Assembly: GCF_011386835.1 (NCBI RefSeq)
Contig: NC_088796.1
Coordinates: 101,804,001-101,868,000, forward strand
DNA length: 64,000 nucleotides
Direction of reading: 5' to 3'
DNA from: Chrysemys picta bellii
Taxonomy: Eukaryota
Under the pieces are notes generated by a model, which searched no databases, was not told where the DNA came from, and saw only the letters and a list, made by a program, of their open reading frames with translations. The position numbers were made by a program, and so were the translations under genes. Positions 9,715-21,997 of the stretch are shown in pieces. Within the stretch, counting starts at the first letter, position 1; each line of letters opens with the position of its first letter.

Positions 9715-11255
9715 CTTCCTCCCAAGTAGTCAGGTTTCCATATACTCAGCCTCCCTATCCACCACCTTTCAGACTTGTGTGGGCCTAATTTACCCCCTCC
9801 ATCAGTCAGACTTGGGTACACTTGCCTCACAAATGACATCAATCAAGCTTGCATGTACCTAATCCCTCCTGCTAAGGTCTGTAAGCACCTGGGACTACCC
9901 CTTTTGCCCTCCCCCTACTGCCCCAAAATCAAGCTTGTGTGCTCATGGACTGCATGTTCCACCAACAACCACCAGTTTTATGAGCCCAGTGCATCAAAAT
10001 TTCAGTTGTAATGTGAATAACGACTCAAAATTACCCTAAACTCAATAATTAAAAAAATATTTGAAAAAGAAAAATGAAAACAAGACTAGCCATTAGACCA
10101 GACCTAGTGAGGATCTACCTCTCTACCAAATCTGGGTACGTAGATAGTATTTTGAAGAACTACTAGTCAATCCTAGCCCTGCTTAGGACAATTTTAAGGC
10201 AGACACTAAATCCAGAGATTTCTTATTTAAAAGTTTTTAAATGAAGTCAAACAGCCACTACATTAAATGTTCAAATAGTATAAAAACAAATTGTGTGAGA
10301 ATTCTCACAATGATTGTCAATCTGCCTTTAGAGAAAAAATAGGAACATATTCCCCACTGGAAATCTCGTTTATAATGCAACCGAAAATATGGAGTTGCTA
10401 ATAGGAGCCTCTGTACATTCAAACTCAACAGATGGTGCCACTGCAGAAGCCTTTGCTTGTCTTTCCTCTGGGGTTCTAAAACAGTTCATTATGTGGGGCT
10501 AATCTCACAAAAATTGTTTTATACACTATTTCCCCACCTATTCGAGATCAGGTAACACCTTCGTGGCAGGTACAGCAAATGCTTACAAAGAGAAGTAGTA
10601 CTAGGAACGCATTTATAGTAATTTCAGTACTAGGAACATGGGATCTGCCAGTTCCCTGAAGACCACCATCAGGTCCCTCCATGTACCACCACCAAAACAT
10701 GAACCTCAGTTTGGGACCTGCTGGTTTAGAGGCATGTACAAGGAGTTAACTCTTAAAACAAATCCCTATCCTTTCTTATGGTGCAGGTTTTTTTCAGTAG
10801 CTGTGCCTATCAGTAGTAGTAGTTCTTTCCTGCTCAAGTCTCTCTGCCTTCATTCATTCTTTGGTGGAGTTGAAGCCTACAGGTTATATTGACAAAACAA
10901 GTCAAGGATTATAAACAGATTGGTTCACACCCCAAGAGGAAAGTATGTGCAAAAGTATCTTACTCCACCTCATCTCACCTGGCACCTCATCTCACTTCCA
11001 TGTGGCAAAGGTAAGAGTCACATGCAGATAGCTCTTTCCCTGCACAGATCCTCTGCAGCAGGCTCTGAGCAGTTTGTAACTAACTTTCCTCAAACAACAG
11101 ACTAGCTGTTTGCATACATGCTGCAGGGGAACTGGAACTAGGGGCACTGGGGTGCCCAGCATGAAGTAATATTAGCAAGTGAATACATGGTTTCCACCAT
11201 ATATGAGGTTTACAGTTTTGTTCAATGGCTTCCAGCACCCCTGAATTGCTGTTAC

Positions 11256-11709
11256 CATAGGTGCCAACTCCAGGGCTGGAGCACCCACTGAGAACAATTA
11301 GTGAGTGCTTAGCACCCACCAGCAGCCAGTTCCCTCCCTTCCCCACCCCCCCAGTGCCTCCGACCCACAAGCATTCCTGTTGGTCAATTCCTCCCCCTCC
11401 CTCCCAGCGCCTCCCGCCTGCCACAATCAGCTGTTCCACGGTGTGCAGGAGGCGCTGGGAGGGAGGGAGGGGGAGGAGCAGGGACAAGACATGCTCAGAG
11501 GAGGGGGCAAGGGTTGGGTAGGAAGAGGCGAGGAAAGGATGGGGGTGGGAAGAGGCAGGGTGGGAGTTTAGGGAAGGGGTGAGGGCAGGACCTGGGAGGA
11601 GCAGGGACAGGAAGAGGCAGGGCTCATGGGAAGTGGGTGGGTGTGGGGTGGGACCATGGGTGGAGCAGGGGAGTTGAGCACCCCTGGGGCCCGGAGGAAG
11701 CTGGCACCT
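11256..11709. mobile_element. hAT-type MITE (CATAGGYGCC TIR family), right end clipped
   Basis: Starts CATAGGTGCCAACTCC and ends GAAGCTGGCACCT, lacking the terminal ATG and a right TSD; same family as 51157-51534. Confidence 0.7.
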
Positions 11710-12256
11710 TCTACAGGATCAGTGGCCAAATACGAACTGATTTCCATGGCAGCAGCTTTAGGCTCTTCCTGTCCTGTCCTGGAAATGGATTTTCAATGAC
11801 ACGGATTTATTTTTCTGTGTTTCTACTGTTATTTATTTTTGCACATCTTCACAATCTCCTACCTATCAGGTGCTGTTATGCAGTAGGCAATTGGCAGACC
11901 ATGCAACAAAGTACACATACCTGGAATCCTTAGCCACCTCAACAGCACTTTGGTCATCAAAGAATTATACTTCCTCCCCCCACCCCTGACCTACCTCCAA
12001 AGTACTCTGACTTCTACGTATGTAGTGTTCTATTATGATCATGGTTGCTATTTATTAATCTGTCCTCATCAGAACTATTTCTTGTATTCCAAAGCTTGAG
12101 AAGTTTCCTAGAGACAATTATAAAAAATATGAACATACCATAAGACTTGAGATAATTAGGTGTAGAAAAGATATTTTCATTTAATTTATTAACATTAATA
12201 CAATGGAAAATTTATTTTTCACCTTTGTGTGTCAATCAATTCCTATTTCATTCCAG

Positions 12257-12312
12257 CTCAAGATACTGTCACTACTGAGGTTAAAACAGCTGGAGGATAC
12301 TGCACCATGTAG
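12257..12312 (+). pseudogene. Orphan B-type IFN exon 2 (exon 1 deleted)
   Basis: 11710-12560 is homologous to intron and exon 2 of the 38634 gene (39323-40140); acceptor ATTTCATTCCAG intact. Confidence 0.75.
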
Positions 12313-12569
12313 TGGAATCCCTTCAATCTGCAGATTCCTCCCAGAGTGACTTCTAGCACTCCATAACGCTTGACCTTGAATTATGCAATTGACTCTCTAT
12401 TATACAATTTCAACTGCACAAATTACATTTTATGTAATTATAGTCTGTTCATTTACTCAGTGTTTAAAATGCAAAATGAAGAATATTGATGCAAAAAATT
12501 ACCAGACAATTGTAATTTTAAAAGAAAGGGTTGGGACCTTAAACATTGTTGACATTATGTGTTTGGTAT

Positions 12570-13246
12570 TGTAGCACAGCGCAGACTCACCCCTGCGGCG
12601 CCTCCTGCTAGTCATCCTTGGGAATTAGCTTTGACCCAGGAGCGCCCTCTGCAGGCTGGTGATCTGCTTGCCATTGGCCCCCCACATCCCTCCCACTGCC
12701 CCTGTCTTGGGTGCTGCCCCCCCCCCCCCCCCCCAGCAGTATCCCACTATCCCTGGGTTTCCCCACCCACTATCCCCACTTTGCCTCAGTTTTGGCTGCT
12801 GCCCAGTCTCCATCTAGCCCCCGTTCACTGGGGCAGACTGCAGTATCAGCCACTCATCATTGGCAAATCAGTTTGGACTGGCTGCCTTTACCCACCTTCA
12901 GGCTGCCCCTCTGCAAGCCCAATACCTAAGACTAGGTCCTGCAGCCTGGGGAGTTGCTGGCCCAGGACTTCCCAGCTCCTAAGGCCTTTCCCCAACCCTG
13001 CCTCACTCTAGGTCCTCAGGTGAGTTCCCCAGCAGCCAGGCCTGTCTCCCTCTCCAGTCAGAGAGAGAGGCTTTCTGCTTAAGCTCCTGGCTCAAGCCTT
13101 TATAGGGCCAGCTGGTCCCTGATTGGGGCATGGCCCCAACTGAGCCTGCTTCCTCCCAATCAGCCCAGGGGTCTTGCCCTTCCAGAGCCCTCCTCCAGGG
13201 CAGTTTTAAACCTCTCAGGGCAGGAGCAGGTGACCACCCCACTACA
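12570..13246 (-). mobile_element. Solo LTR (677 bp)
   Basis: TGTAG...CTACA termini, perfect 5-bp TSD GGTAT, minus-strand TATAAA near 13100, empty site at ~40140. Confidence 0.85.
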
Positions 13247-13254
13247 GGTATATA

Positions 13255-13795
13255 TTTCTGTGGTACAACACTTCTCTGATCAAATCTAATCTTGGAACCC
13301 TAACATGCAGCATAACCACAGTATAACAGCATAATACATGTGAGCTGGAACAGCTTCCAAATAAAGAGGTGTGGATAATTTTCCTGTAAGATCAGAATGA
13401 AGAGAGAGATTTCAGGTGGCCTCAATACGTTCTCAAGCCATGAATGTCCCTGAAGGAAAATGCCCCGGTGAGAATCCAGGAACTCTTCCAACATGTATCC
13501 TGCTGCTTTTGCAAAAATCTCTCCCAAGCTACCTCGGGCAGGAGTTCCATTCAGAGAGTCCAACCTAGACTCATTAGCCAGCTGGGCATCTGGAGACATG
13601 TTTGGTTGCAGTGATGGAAAATGGGACTCTCTGACCAGGAAGAAAGGACCTAGAGCTTGCAAGGATGAAAGTGAAGAGATACCAATTATTTCCAAGCAGA
13701 GAAGCCGTTCAGCCTCAGTGCTGGCAAGAGAATCCAAGTGGAATTAAGTTTTCAACTCTAGGACAAACTCACAAAGAAGTTTAGAAAATTAAAAT
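13255..13795 (+). pseudogene. Ghost IFN relic G3, near full length, no post-stop intron
   Basis: Recognisable HLETCL, RMKVKRY, a CAWEIIRVEI-like tract and DKLTKK; runs straight into an AU-rich 3' region. Confidence 0.8.
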
Positions 13796-15019
13796 ACCAA
13801 CCTTTTAAAAATACTAACTGAAATCAATTAAAATTTTATACATGATTTAAAATGAGATGCCGTGGAATTTTAAAAACTGTTGCTACTATTTGTTCTATTT
13901 TTGCACTGCGGAAATATTTTAATATCGTTTTACAAGATTTGTAACATTATATTTATGTCAGTCTACTACTTATTTAGTGCTCTTATTTATGTATTTATCA
14001 TAGTTTTGTATTATTTATAAATAAAGTCTTATTTTATACAAAATGGCAACCTATAGTGGTAGTGATTTGTATTAAATGCCTATTTAACCAAACCAAACAA
14101 ACAAAAACAAGAAAGAGAACCAAAAAAAACCAAACCCCTGTAATTGTTCAGCCTTAAAGCCCCAACTCCAGAAAGTACTTTTGCACGTGACTAACAAAGT
14201 ATGTGACCCGTCCCACTGATATTAGTGCTTCAATTTGGGAACATACTTAAATACATTGATGAATCAGTGTCCCAGTTTGCAGTACTTCCATATTCAAATA
14301 AATAGTTACTGAAAGATAATTAGTCTTTCCATTTTCACAAACCACGCACCACACCAGAACTCTGACTCCTTTTCCAATTCTACCAAGTTACTTGTCCCCC
14401 ACAAAAACTTGTCAATTTGGATGTTTGATGTAATAGACGGTTGTGTTGGAAAAGGCTAGATTGGTGTCCTTTCTCCCACTAATCAAGATTGCATGCACCC
14501 CTTAACACATACCAATTAAGTTTGTTTGTAATTAGCCTGCCCATACCCCATCAATCAGATGTGTGCATTCACATACCCTTTCCCCCCACCAATATGAAAT
14601 CAGGTTTCTACATTTCCAGCAACTATCCACAGTATATTTACTAGCACTGCCCCCAATATTAAGTCTGTGCTCACATGCACGCTTATCAGGTTTGTGGCCC
14701 TCCACCTGATCCCATTACCTCTGTGTGCGCCCAAGCTAAATTCATTCTTGGGTGTACACCACAAACAAAATTACATCTGAATAATGAGAGCAGGAATAGG
14801 CCATTTGAATTAGGATTATCAAAGTTTCTCTTTGCCACCTCTACAATGCAGCTCCCCATTTAGTGGAATACGTCAGTCAGTTACTACCCAGGAAAAATAC
14901 AGAATTCTTCTGAAAAAGTCTAACAACCCCAAATCTATTCAGTGCTGGAGAAGGGGGGGACTATTTCCATTCATTCCATCAGACCTTTAATAAAAGAAAG
15001 GACAATGCTGAGCAGAGAA

Positions 15020-15430
15020 TTCAGTTGAACTCTTTGACAGTATCACCTGAATCATAAGGAGCAGCCATGCCTGTGGGGGAATCCCCGGTCGCATTTCTTA
15101 AAAGAGAGGAAAATTTTGTAAATATCTCCCTCAGAGATTCTCCCACATCCTTCCACTCATGGGCAGGAGGAAGGAGGGGCGGGTTCGTCCATAGACTTCC
15201 TCATGGAAGTGGCGGTCGTTCCATCTCCAGACTCAGCAGATTCGATTCTGTGGTTTCTGCACTGAACAAAAAGGTCTCTCCAGACACAGAGATCTGCAGC
15301 ATCTGTCTCAGCTCTTCACCCATTAGACTCCCCACCCCCCCATCTTTTCAGTGCCAAGTAATATTTTCTGGGGCTGCTCCAGTGCATGCAGTTGCCTCAG
15401 ACAACCTTTTAAAGTGTAATTTTTGGGCAG
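15020..15430 (-). pseudogene. Antisense IFN-like relic R1
   Basis: Minus-strand pieces EKMGG, RQMLQISVSGE and ESLREIFTKFSSLL; paralog of 42430-42845; frameshifted. Confidence 0.55.
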
Positions 15431-15779
15431 CTCTCATAATGAGGTGCAGCCCAGCAGAGCTGCAATAGGACTTTCCCCACCCAACGGGGGGGTCTGTTCA
15501 GTCCAGGCCCCTGACTCAGATCATAACCCTATGGAGAACAATCCACGGGGTCCCAGGAAAGAAGGAATGATGGGTGAAGGCAGCCGACCCTATTTCACCT
15601 CTGCCCAACTCACCCACACTTATATATGGAGCAGCTGAGAGGCTCACACGGAGAGTTCCATCTCTGTAGGAAGTCTCTGGGGCAGGTTCTGTGACCTTTG
15701 TAATTAATTCTCCTTAAAAACTATATGATATCCATGCCTAATTGCTGTTGTAACCCATGCCTGCTTGGTGTGGTGCTCT

Positions 15780-16310
15780 GTTCCCCTCTAGTGGCACCTA
15801 TCCCCACTAGAGATTGATGAGTCTGCTACAGCCTTGAGTAAGAGGCATGTGGCTTTTAACTCATGAAGCAGAGGCTCATGCATTTAGCTCCAGAGGTCCC
15901 ATGTTCAATTCTGCCTGCTGATGACCTGGGCCGCCCAGAGGATTCAGGGGGCCTGGGGCAAAGCAATTTCAGGGGCCCTTTCCATTAAAAAAAGTTGCAA
16001 TACTATAGAATACTATATTCTCTTGGGGGCCCCTGTGGGGCCCGGGGCCTGGGGCAAATTGCCCCACTTCCCCCCCCTCGGCGGCCCTGCCGATGACAGG
16101 GATCATCAGCTATTGAAAGTATGCAATCCATGCCTGGTTGGTTTGGTGCCCTGTCCGCCTCTGGACCATCTAGAGATTGATGAGTCTCCTACAGCCTTAG
16201 CTTAAGGGGCACGTGGCTTTCAGCTCATGCAATAGAGGCTCAAACCCTAAGCTTCAAATGTCCCAGGGTCAATCCTGCCCCCTGACAACTGGGGTCTGTC
16301 AGCATTACAA
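15780..16310 (+). repeat. Tandem pair of tRNA-derived SINE-like units
   Basis: Two related units, each with A-box-like GGCTTTYARCTCA and B-box-like GTTCAAT/GGTCAATCC, preceded by AGAGATTGATGAGTC. Confidence 0.45.
15926..16089. mobile_element. hAT-type MITE (164 bp)
   Basis: TIRs CTGGGCCGCC / GGCGGCCCTG; 8-bp TSD CTGATGAC/CCGATGAC. Confidence 0.8.
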
Positions 16311-18173
16311 GTGGGGGCTTGCCCCGCAAATCAACTGGGAAGTCTCTGACGCTCAGGATGTGTGTTAACACGTCCTCTCCCAGAAGTACACTCATAGGTT
16401 TGAGCCTTCTTGTTTACCTCTTCAAGGGACCACGTGGTAAGTGTAGATTATAACTCCCAGACACTCTATTGCTATTTACTTCACCACACGGAAAATACAG
16501 ATTGGAACAAAAATTGTAAACCCTACATGCAATTCCCTGCCTCAGTTTCCTCAACACTCCAGGCCATTGTATGGACCTGGAACAGAGTCACTTCGGTCCA
16601 TCCTTCTGTTGCAATGCATCACTTATATGCACAAAAACAGAGCCTTCTCCCCCAGCTTAGATAACCTGGCCTTGGCCAGTTCATCCCCTTCCTTCCTCTT
16701 GCCCAAATGTCCTGTGGTCTTCCCCCAGTGGGCCTTCAGTAACTTTCCACTCCTAACCCCCATTATCCTTAACACCAACTTGGTCAAACTGGTTCCCTAC
16801 TTAGCATAAGTATGTTGTCATTAGAACATAGTTTTAAAGTTAAATACTCCACATTCATTGTCCTTAGCCAAGGGAGTACCTGCTGTAGGTCCTGTTCAAC
16901 ATGATGGATCCACATAGAAAGAGTTTTCTCATGATAAGGAAATTTCATATCACCAACTTCATAATATCAACTAGAATTCATAAGTCCCCCCCCTCCCCGA
17001 CACAAACAAATCAAGCTGTATGAATCAGGCAAGTCACAGTCAGTTTTCTGACCAACTGGTGCCACCCCTCCACAGCCTCCAAATCAAGCTTGTGCACTCC
17101 TTGACACCAACAACCAGTTTTGTGTACAGAATGCATTAAACTATCAGTTATATAACATGAATAATGACTAAAAATTACCCTAAATTCAACATTTCAGATA
17201 TTGGTAATAAAGCTGCTGGTTGCATCAAATCTAGTGAGGATCCACCTGTATACCAGAAAAGAACATTTGCGTAAGGAAGTATAACAGGTAAATCTCTCCA
17301 GAAATGTTCTCGATTGCAGTTTTGAATTTGAAGGCAACCAATCCGGGAACAGACACAATAGCATTGATTCAGGTGAACCATCATACAGAACAAGTAGCAA
17401 ATTATGAATAGCAAATACTCATAGGGAAAAGATATGGTGAGGAAGTCCTAAGTAATCAGAGTGGAATATGTTCATATAAACCATTTGTGAAATCATTGAA
17501 AATAAATTCATCAGAAAAATCTGAATTTATTTGCAGATTATTTGCAAATAGGAAAAGGGGAGAAACTAATTTTTATTACACAGTCAGATTAAGCTGGCTG
17601 ACACAAAGGAAAAATAGTCCAATAAAATGTCCTGCTATTTTCACTGAAATTTAAATATACAGTATTTCATCAAATTCTAGCAAATATTTCATCCAGCTAA
17701 GTCTGCGTCTAACCTTTCCCAGAAAACAGGCTAATTGCTGATGAAAATATGCTGAAAGACTATGTGTCTTTACTTCCATTGCTTTATTACTTTAACTTTT
17801 CTTGTTAAGATTCAGATTTTTAAATTTCTCTCTCTCTCATAAATATTCATAAGCTTCAACTTGCCAGGGAATGTACACACAACTCCCACTGGAGTCAATT
17901 GGAGATGGGGTGCAGAGCCTATATGAATATTGGGTCCCGTATGCAGTATATTTATGTACAATAAACTGCATTCTTTAAAATGACACTTCCAAATAGTTTA
18001 GGGCCAAACTCCAGATTACGATTAAAAAATGTGCTTGAGGTGATAGGTCAGGGTGATGTAAAAGAAATAACTTAAAGAGAAATATTTATAGATTTTCTTC
18101 CTTTCCTTTTTTAAAATTAATATGAAAAGCTCCATTTAAATTTTTGGGTTGAAAACCATTCCCCTTCACTGAT

Positions 18174-18226
18174 GGAAACTCCAGCATGACAGCCTAGTGC
18201 TATGGTATGAAAAACAGAAAGTGAAA
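18174..18226 (+). promoter_or_regulatory. Distal kB-like + IRF module of A2
   Basis: Identical to 5903-5955. Confidence 0.55.
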
Positions 18227-19184
18227 CTTGCTACAGGCTGCAAACTTCATTCATCAGACCACTTGAACTGCAATGTCCAAGCTTGAATGGTGAAAAGTTA
18301 ATCACGTCTGAAAGTGACATTCATTTATGTCAGTCTCTCTAGCATATTTATTACTAACCACACAATCTTTTTGGACAACTCCGTTCCATGTCACTACACT
18401 AAATCACTGGGAACTACTCAGAAGTGCCCGAGAAGATAACATGTTCACACTCTTCAACTGTACCTGTTCCTCAGGCTTTTCACAGTTGGTATCAGGTTCT
18501 TAAGTAAACCTCCCAGTTTCTCAGTGCCCTCTGTCCATCCTCTGGTATTCCCTACACACATGGGTTTTCCTCTCTCAGATTTCAAATGGCCAGGAAATTG
18601 TGTGAGATTAATAGAGAATTGTCTGGGCCTCAATCTCCCGCAGGAATTATTTCCAAGCTTATCAAATTTTAAGAGGTCCCTATAGTATTACTCCCTCTCA
18701 AAGGCTGCAAGGAAGGAAGGAGACAGTTAGAGTATAGCAGGGTTTTCTGATATTGAGTGGGACACCAGAGAGGGAAAGTTTTCCATCTGCTGGCAAAGTG
18801 AAGGAACAGCAGCTTTATACATCACTTCACTGCTGTTATCTGCAGAGTCTAGGAAAAAGAAGTTCTCCATTAGTTCCCCCCATCTGCCAAAATTCATTTG
18901 TATCAGTTAAAAGCTTGGATAGTCTCGCTGATGTAACAGATATTCAGACCTGTCTAGCAGTGCTAACTACAGGAACTTGGGAGTAGACAGACAGGTCCCT
19001 ACTCTAACCTGTAACTGGATAATACTGTTAATCATCTAACTCTTCTTACCCTTCAAGTATTCTTTATCTCAGAGGGCAGGGGGGGCCATAAGGAAAGAAA
19101 TGTAGGGATTCTTTAATATTAAAAAAGTAATGACTGTGGTTTGGTTCTTCTAATGACTTGTTCGCTTCCACTAAATAAAAAGAA

Positions 19185-19274
19185 GGAAACCGAAAGTAAA
19201 AACCTCAAGCAGAAAAAACCTTGAAAAGTAGAAAGTGATGAAAGCAAAATCTTTTCCTACAGAATACTTAAATT
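19185..19274 (+). promoter_or_regulatory. Proximal IFN promoter of A2
   Basis: Identical IRF elements and TACTTAAAT box. Confidence 0.75.
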
Positions 19275-19372
19275 CAGAGACATGGGTCGAAAACACAAAA
19301 GTCTACGAAAGACCTTGAACAGGCACCAGTTGTTCAAGTTCTACACAAACACAGGGAATCTAAGACATCATC

Positions 19373-19946
19373 ATGATCAGCAGGAGTTTGCTGCAATTTT
19401 GCCTCATGCTGCTCTTCTCCAGTGAAATCTCATGTCTGGACTGTAACAGGATTTATGTTCTACAAACCAGAATGAACAGCGAGAGTTTGGAGCATCTGGA
19501 GAAAATGGGTGGAAACTTTCCCTTCCAATGTCTAAATGAAAGGACAGCTTTCAAGCCCAGAGATATCCTCAAGATCCGACTGTCCCAGCAAGAGAATGCC
19601 AAGGTAGCCATCCAGCAGATCCTCCAAGAGCTCTTCCATATCTTTACCAACAATCTCACCCAAGCTGCCTGGAATGGGACTTCCATAAAGGAATTCCAAA
19701 ATGGTCTTCACCAGCAGATTGAGAAGCTGGAGACGTGTTTGAGTGCTGAGAAGGGAAAGGAGATAACCTACCCAGGAAATGAAAACTTCCTGCTCACCAG
19801 CCTCAAACTGAAGAGATATTTCCAGACAATCGACGATTTCCTGAAAGAAAAGCAATACAGCAAGTGTGCCTGGGAGATCATCCGTGTAGAAATATCCAGA
19901 TGTTTTCCAATTCTCAACATACTCACAAAAAGACTTCAAGATGAAG
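19373..19946 (+). CDS. Type I interferon A2, exon 1; 205 aa if spliced
   Basis: As A1 with 3 substitutions (L>F, T>R, Q>K); donor GAAG|GTAC at 19946/19947. Confidence 0.95.
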
Positions 19947-20605
19947 GTACCATATATTGGTTTTTCCTAGAAAAACTCAAATATTATATGAATAAAACAG
20001 CTGAAGAGAGATAGGTCATAATTTTATAATTCTTATTATGTAGGGCCCAATCTTTCTACCATAGTAATTTTACCCATACACCTATTTCAAACTCATGTTA
20101 ATAAAACTGTTTTAGAGTAGCATATATAGTTTAGTGCTTCCTTACCACACACATATTCTGTATGGAAAATATACAAATATATCGTAACTGATTACAAATG
20201 AAAAAATATCATCCGTTGATAATTAACCATACCAAATATAACTTTGCCCAGTAAGCATCTTAGTAGGGGAAAAGTTGGCTTGTTGCTGTTTTTAACAACT
20301 GCCTAGTAAGAGAAAATTCCAGTCAGGACACCAGAAAATTGATGGTCTGTGCTCACACACTTCTATCCCACCATCTAATTCTGCCGGTTACTTCTGCACA
20401 CAGGGATGGCCAAGACTACTTATTCTGCTTTCCTTCATTCTGTTTACCTCTACATTTCAACAATTTTGGTTAAAAAAAAATTGTCACAAGATTATAAGTG
20501 CAATAAGGCTCAGGATTTATGATTTGACATCTGGTTAGAAAAAGATGGCCTATATTTGGCATTTGAAACTCTCCATGTTTAAACCATTCCCCTTTTTCAT
20601 TTCAG

Positions 20606-20649
20606 CACGTGATGCTTCATGTAATGATGTTATGAAAACAGCTGAATGA
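20606..20649 (+). CDS. A2 exon 2 coding part (ARDASCNDVMKTAE*)
   Basis: Acceptor TTCATTTCAG ends at 20605; identical to A1 exon 2. Confidence 0.7.
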
Positions 20650-20899
20650 AACTACACCTCCACTGGAGTGGTTCGTCTCTAAGTTGATTCTACAAGCAGT
20701 TCCTTTCCAGATTCTTATCAGCCTGTCTTGCATTAAACAAGGGACCAACTCCTACAGAACTCCAATTGCTCAATTTATATACTACTTGCCATTACCAGAT
20801 TGATTTACTCACATGAGAAAATGTAAAACAAAAGATATTGCTGAAAATATGCCAGAAGACAATGTAGTATTTGAACCGAAGAAGAAAAACCTTATGATT

Positions 20900-21300
20900 T
20901 CCAAATCATTGATGTTACCCATTTGCTCAGAATTTGCTTTTGGCTGCTCTTAAAAATGAAATCTCACCTCTGAACTGTAACTGTTATGCTCATTTCAGCA
21001 TAACAGATGTGAACCAGGTCAACTTCCAAACAAAATAGAAGGATAATTTTCCTCTAAAGTCAGAAAGAAGAGAGACTTTGTGGCCCCAAAAGGTTCTCAA
21101 GTCTTGGCAGAAAGTGACTGCCAAGTGGCCATCCAGGAAATCCTCGAACAGATTTGGTACATCAAGTGTCAAATTCCTTCTTAATCTCCTTGGAATGATA
21201 GCCCCATTAAAGATCCAAACATGGACTCATAAGCAAGTGGAGCTTCTGGAGCCCTGTTTTGCTTCAAGCATAAAAAGCAAACAAGAGCATCCCAAATTCT
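20900..21300 (+). pseudogene. Ghost IFN relic G4
   Basis: Duplicate of G2. Confidence 0.8.
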
Positions 21301-21953
21301 AAATCATGTATAATTAAGTGCACTGGAATTATAAACTATTGCTACTATATATTCTCCTCCTGCACTGTGAAAATATTTCAGATAATTTTACTGGATTTGT
21401 AACAGTATTGTGGTGTTGATCTACTTGTATGTATTGATAATATTTATGTATTGCTCTTATTTATCATTTTCAGATGTGTTTATAATATTTATAAATAAAT
21501 ATTTATTTATACAAAATAGCAGCCTACTGCAGTAGTGATTTGTATTAATTAAATATTTTAAAAAAGCAAAGACCCAATAACAATCTTATCTTGTTCTGCC
21601 TTAAGACTCCAGTTCAGCAAAGGACTTGTCAACATTTGGCTAAGGTTAAGTGCACGAGTCTTATGTTCACGTGTGGAAGTACCTTGTAAACATAAACCCT
21701 GATAATTAATTTTACCAGTCCAACAGACCACAAACCACAACCTCAGTTCTGAAGCTTTTGCATTTCTGCCCATTACTAGATTACTTTTTCCCCCAGCATT
21801 TGTAGTTGTGGGTATATGGTGCAGTAGCTCATTGTGATAAAATAGGCTGGATTGGTAAGGGCTAATTAAAGGGGTGATAGATAGATGGGCATTCCAAGGG
21901 GAAGACTTCAGGCTGTCACAATACAAAATTGCTTGCCCCTCCTTCCCACTAAT

Positions 21954-21997
<44 letters not shown>

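Larger units (their letters stand above)
5400..17670. repeat. Recent tandem segmental duplication, unit 1 (~12.3 kb)
   Basis: Near-identical to 17671-30105; ATG offset 7102 to 19373 = 12271. Confidence 0.95.

Noticed and set aside
15851-15912. Possible tRNA gene
   Set aside because: Only degenerate A/B boxes; no convincing cloverleaf or acceptor stem; better explained as SINE-derived.
15805-15925. C/D-box snoRNA suggested by TGATGA and CTGA
   Set aside because: No terminal stem or host intron, and the motif is inside a repeat unit.
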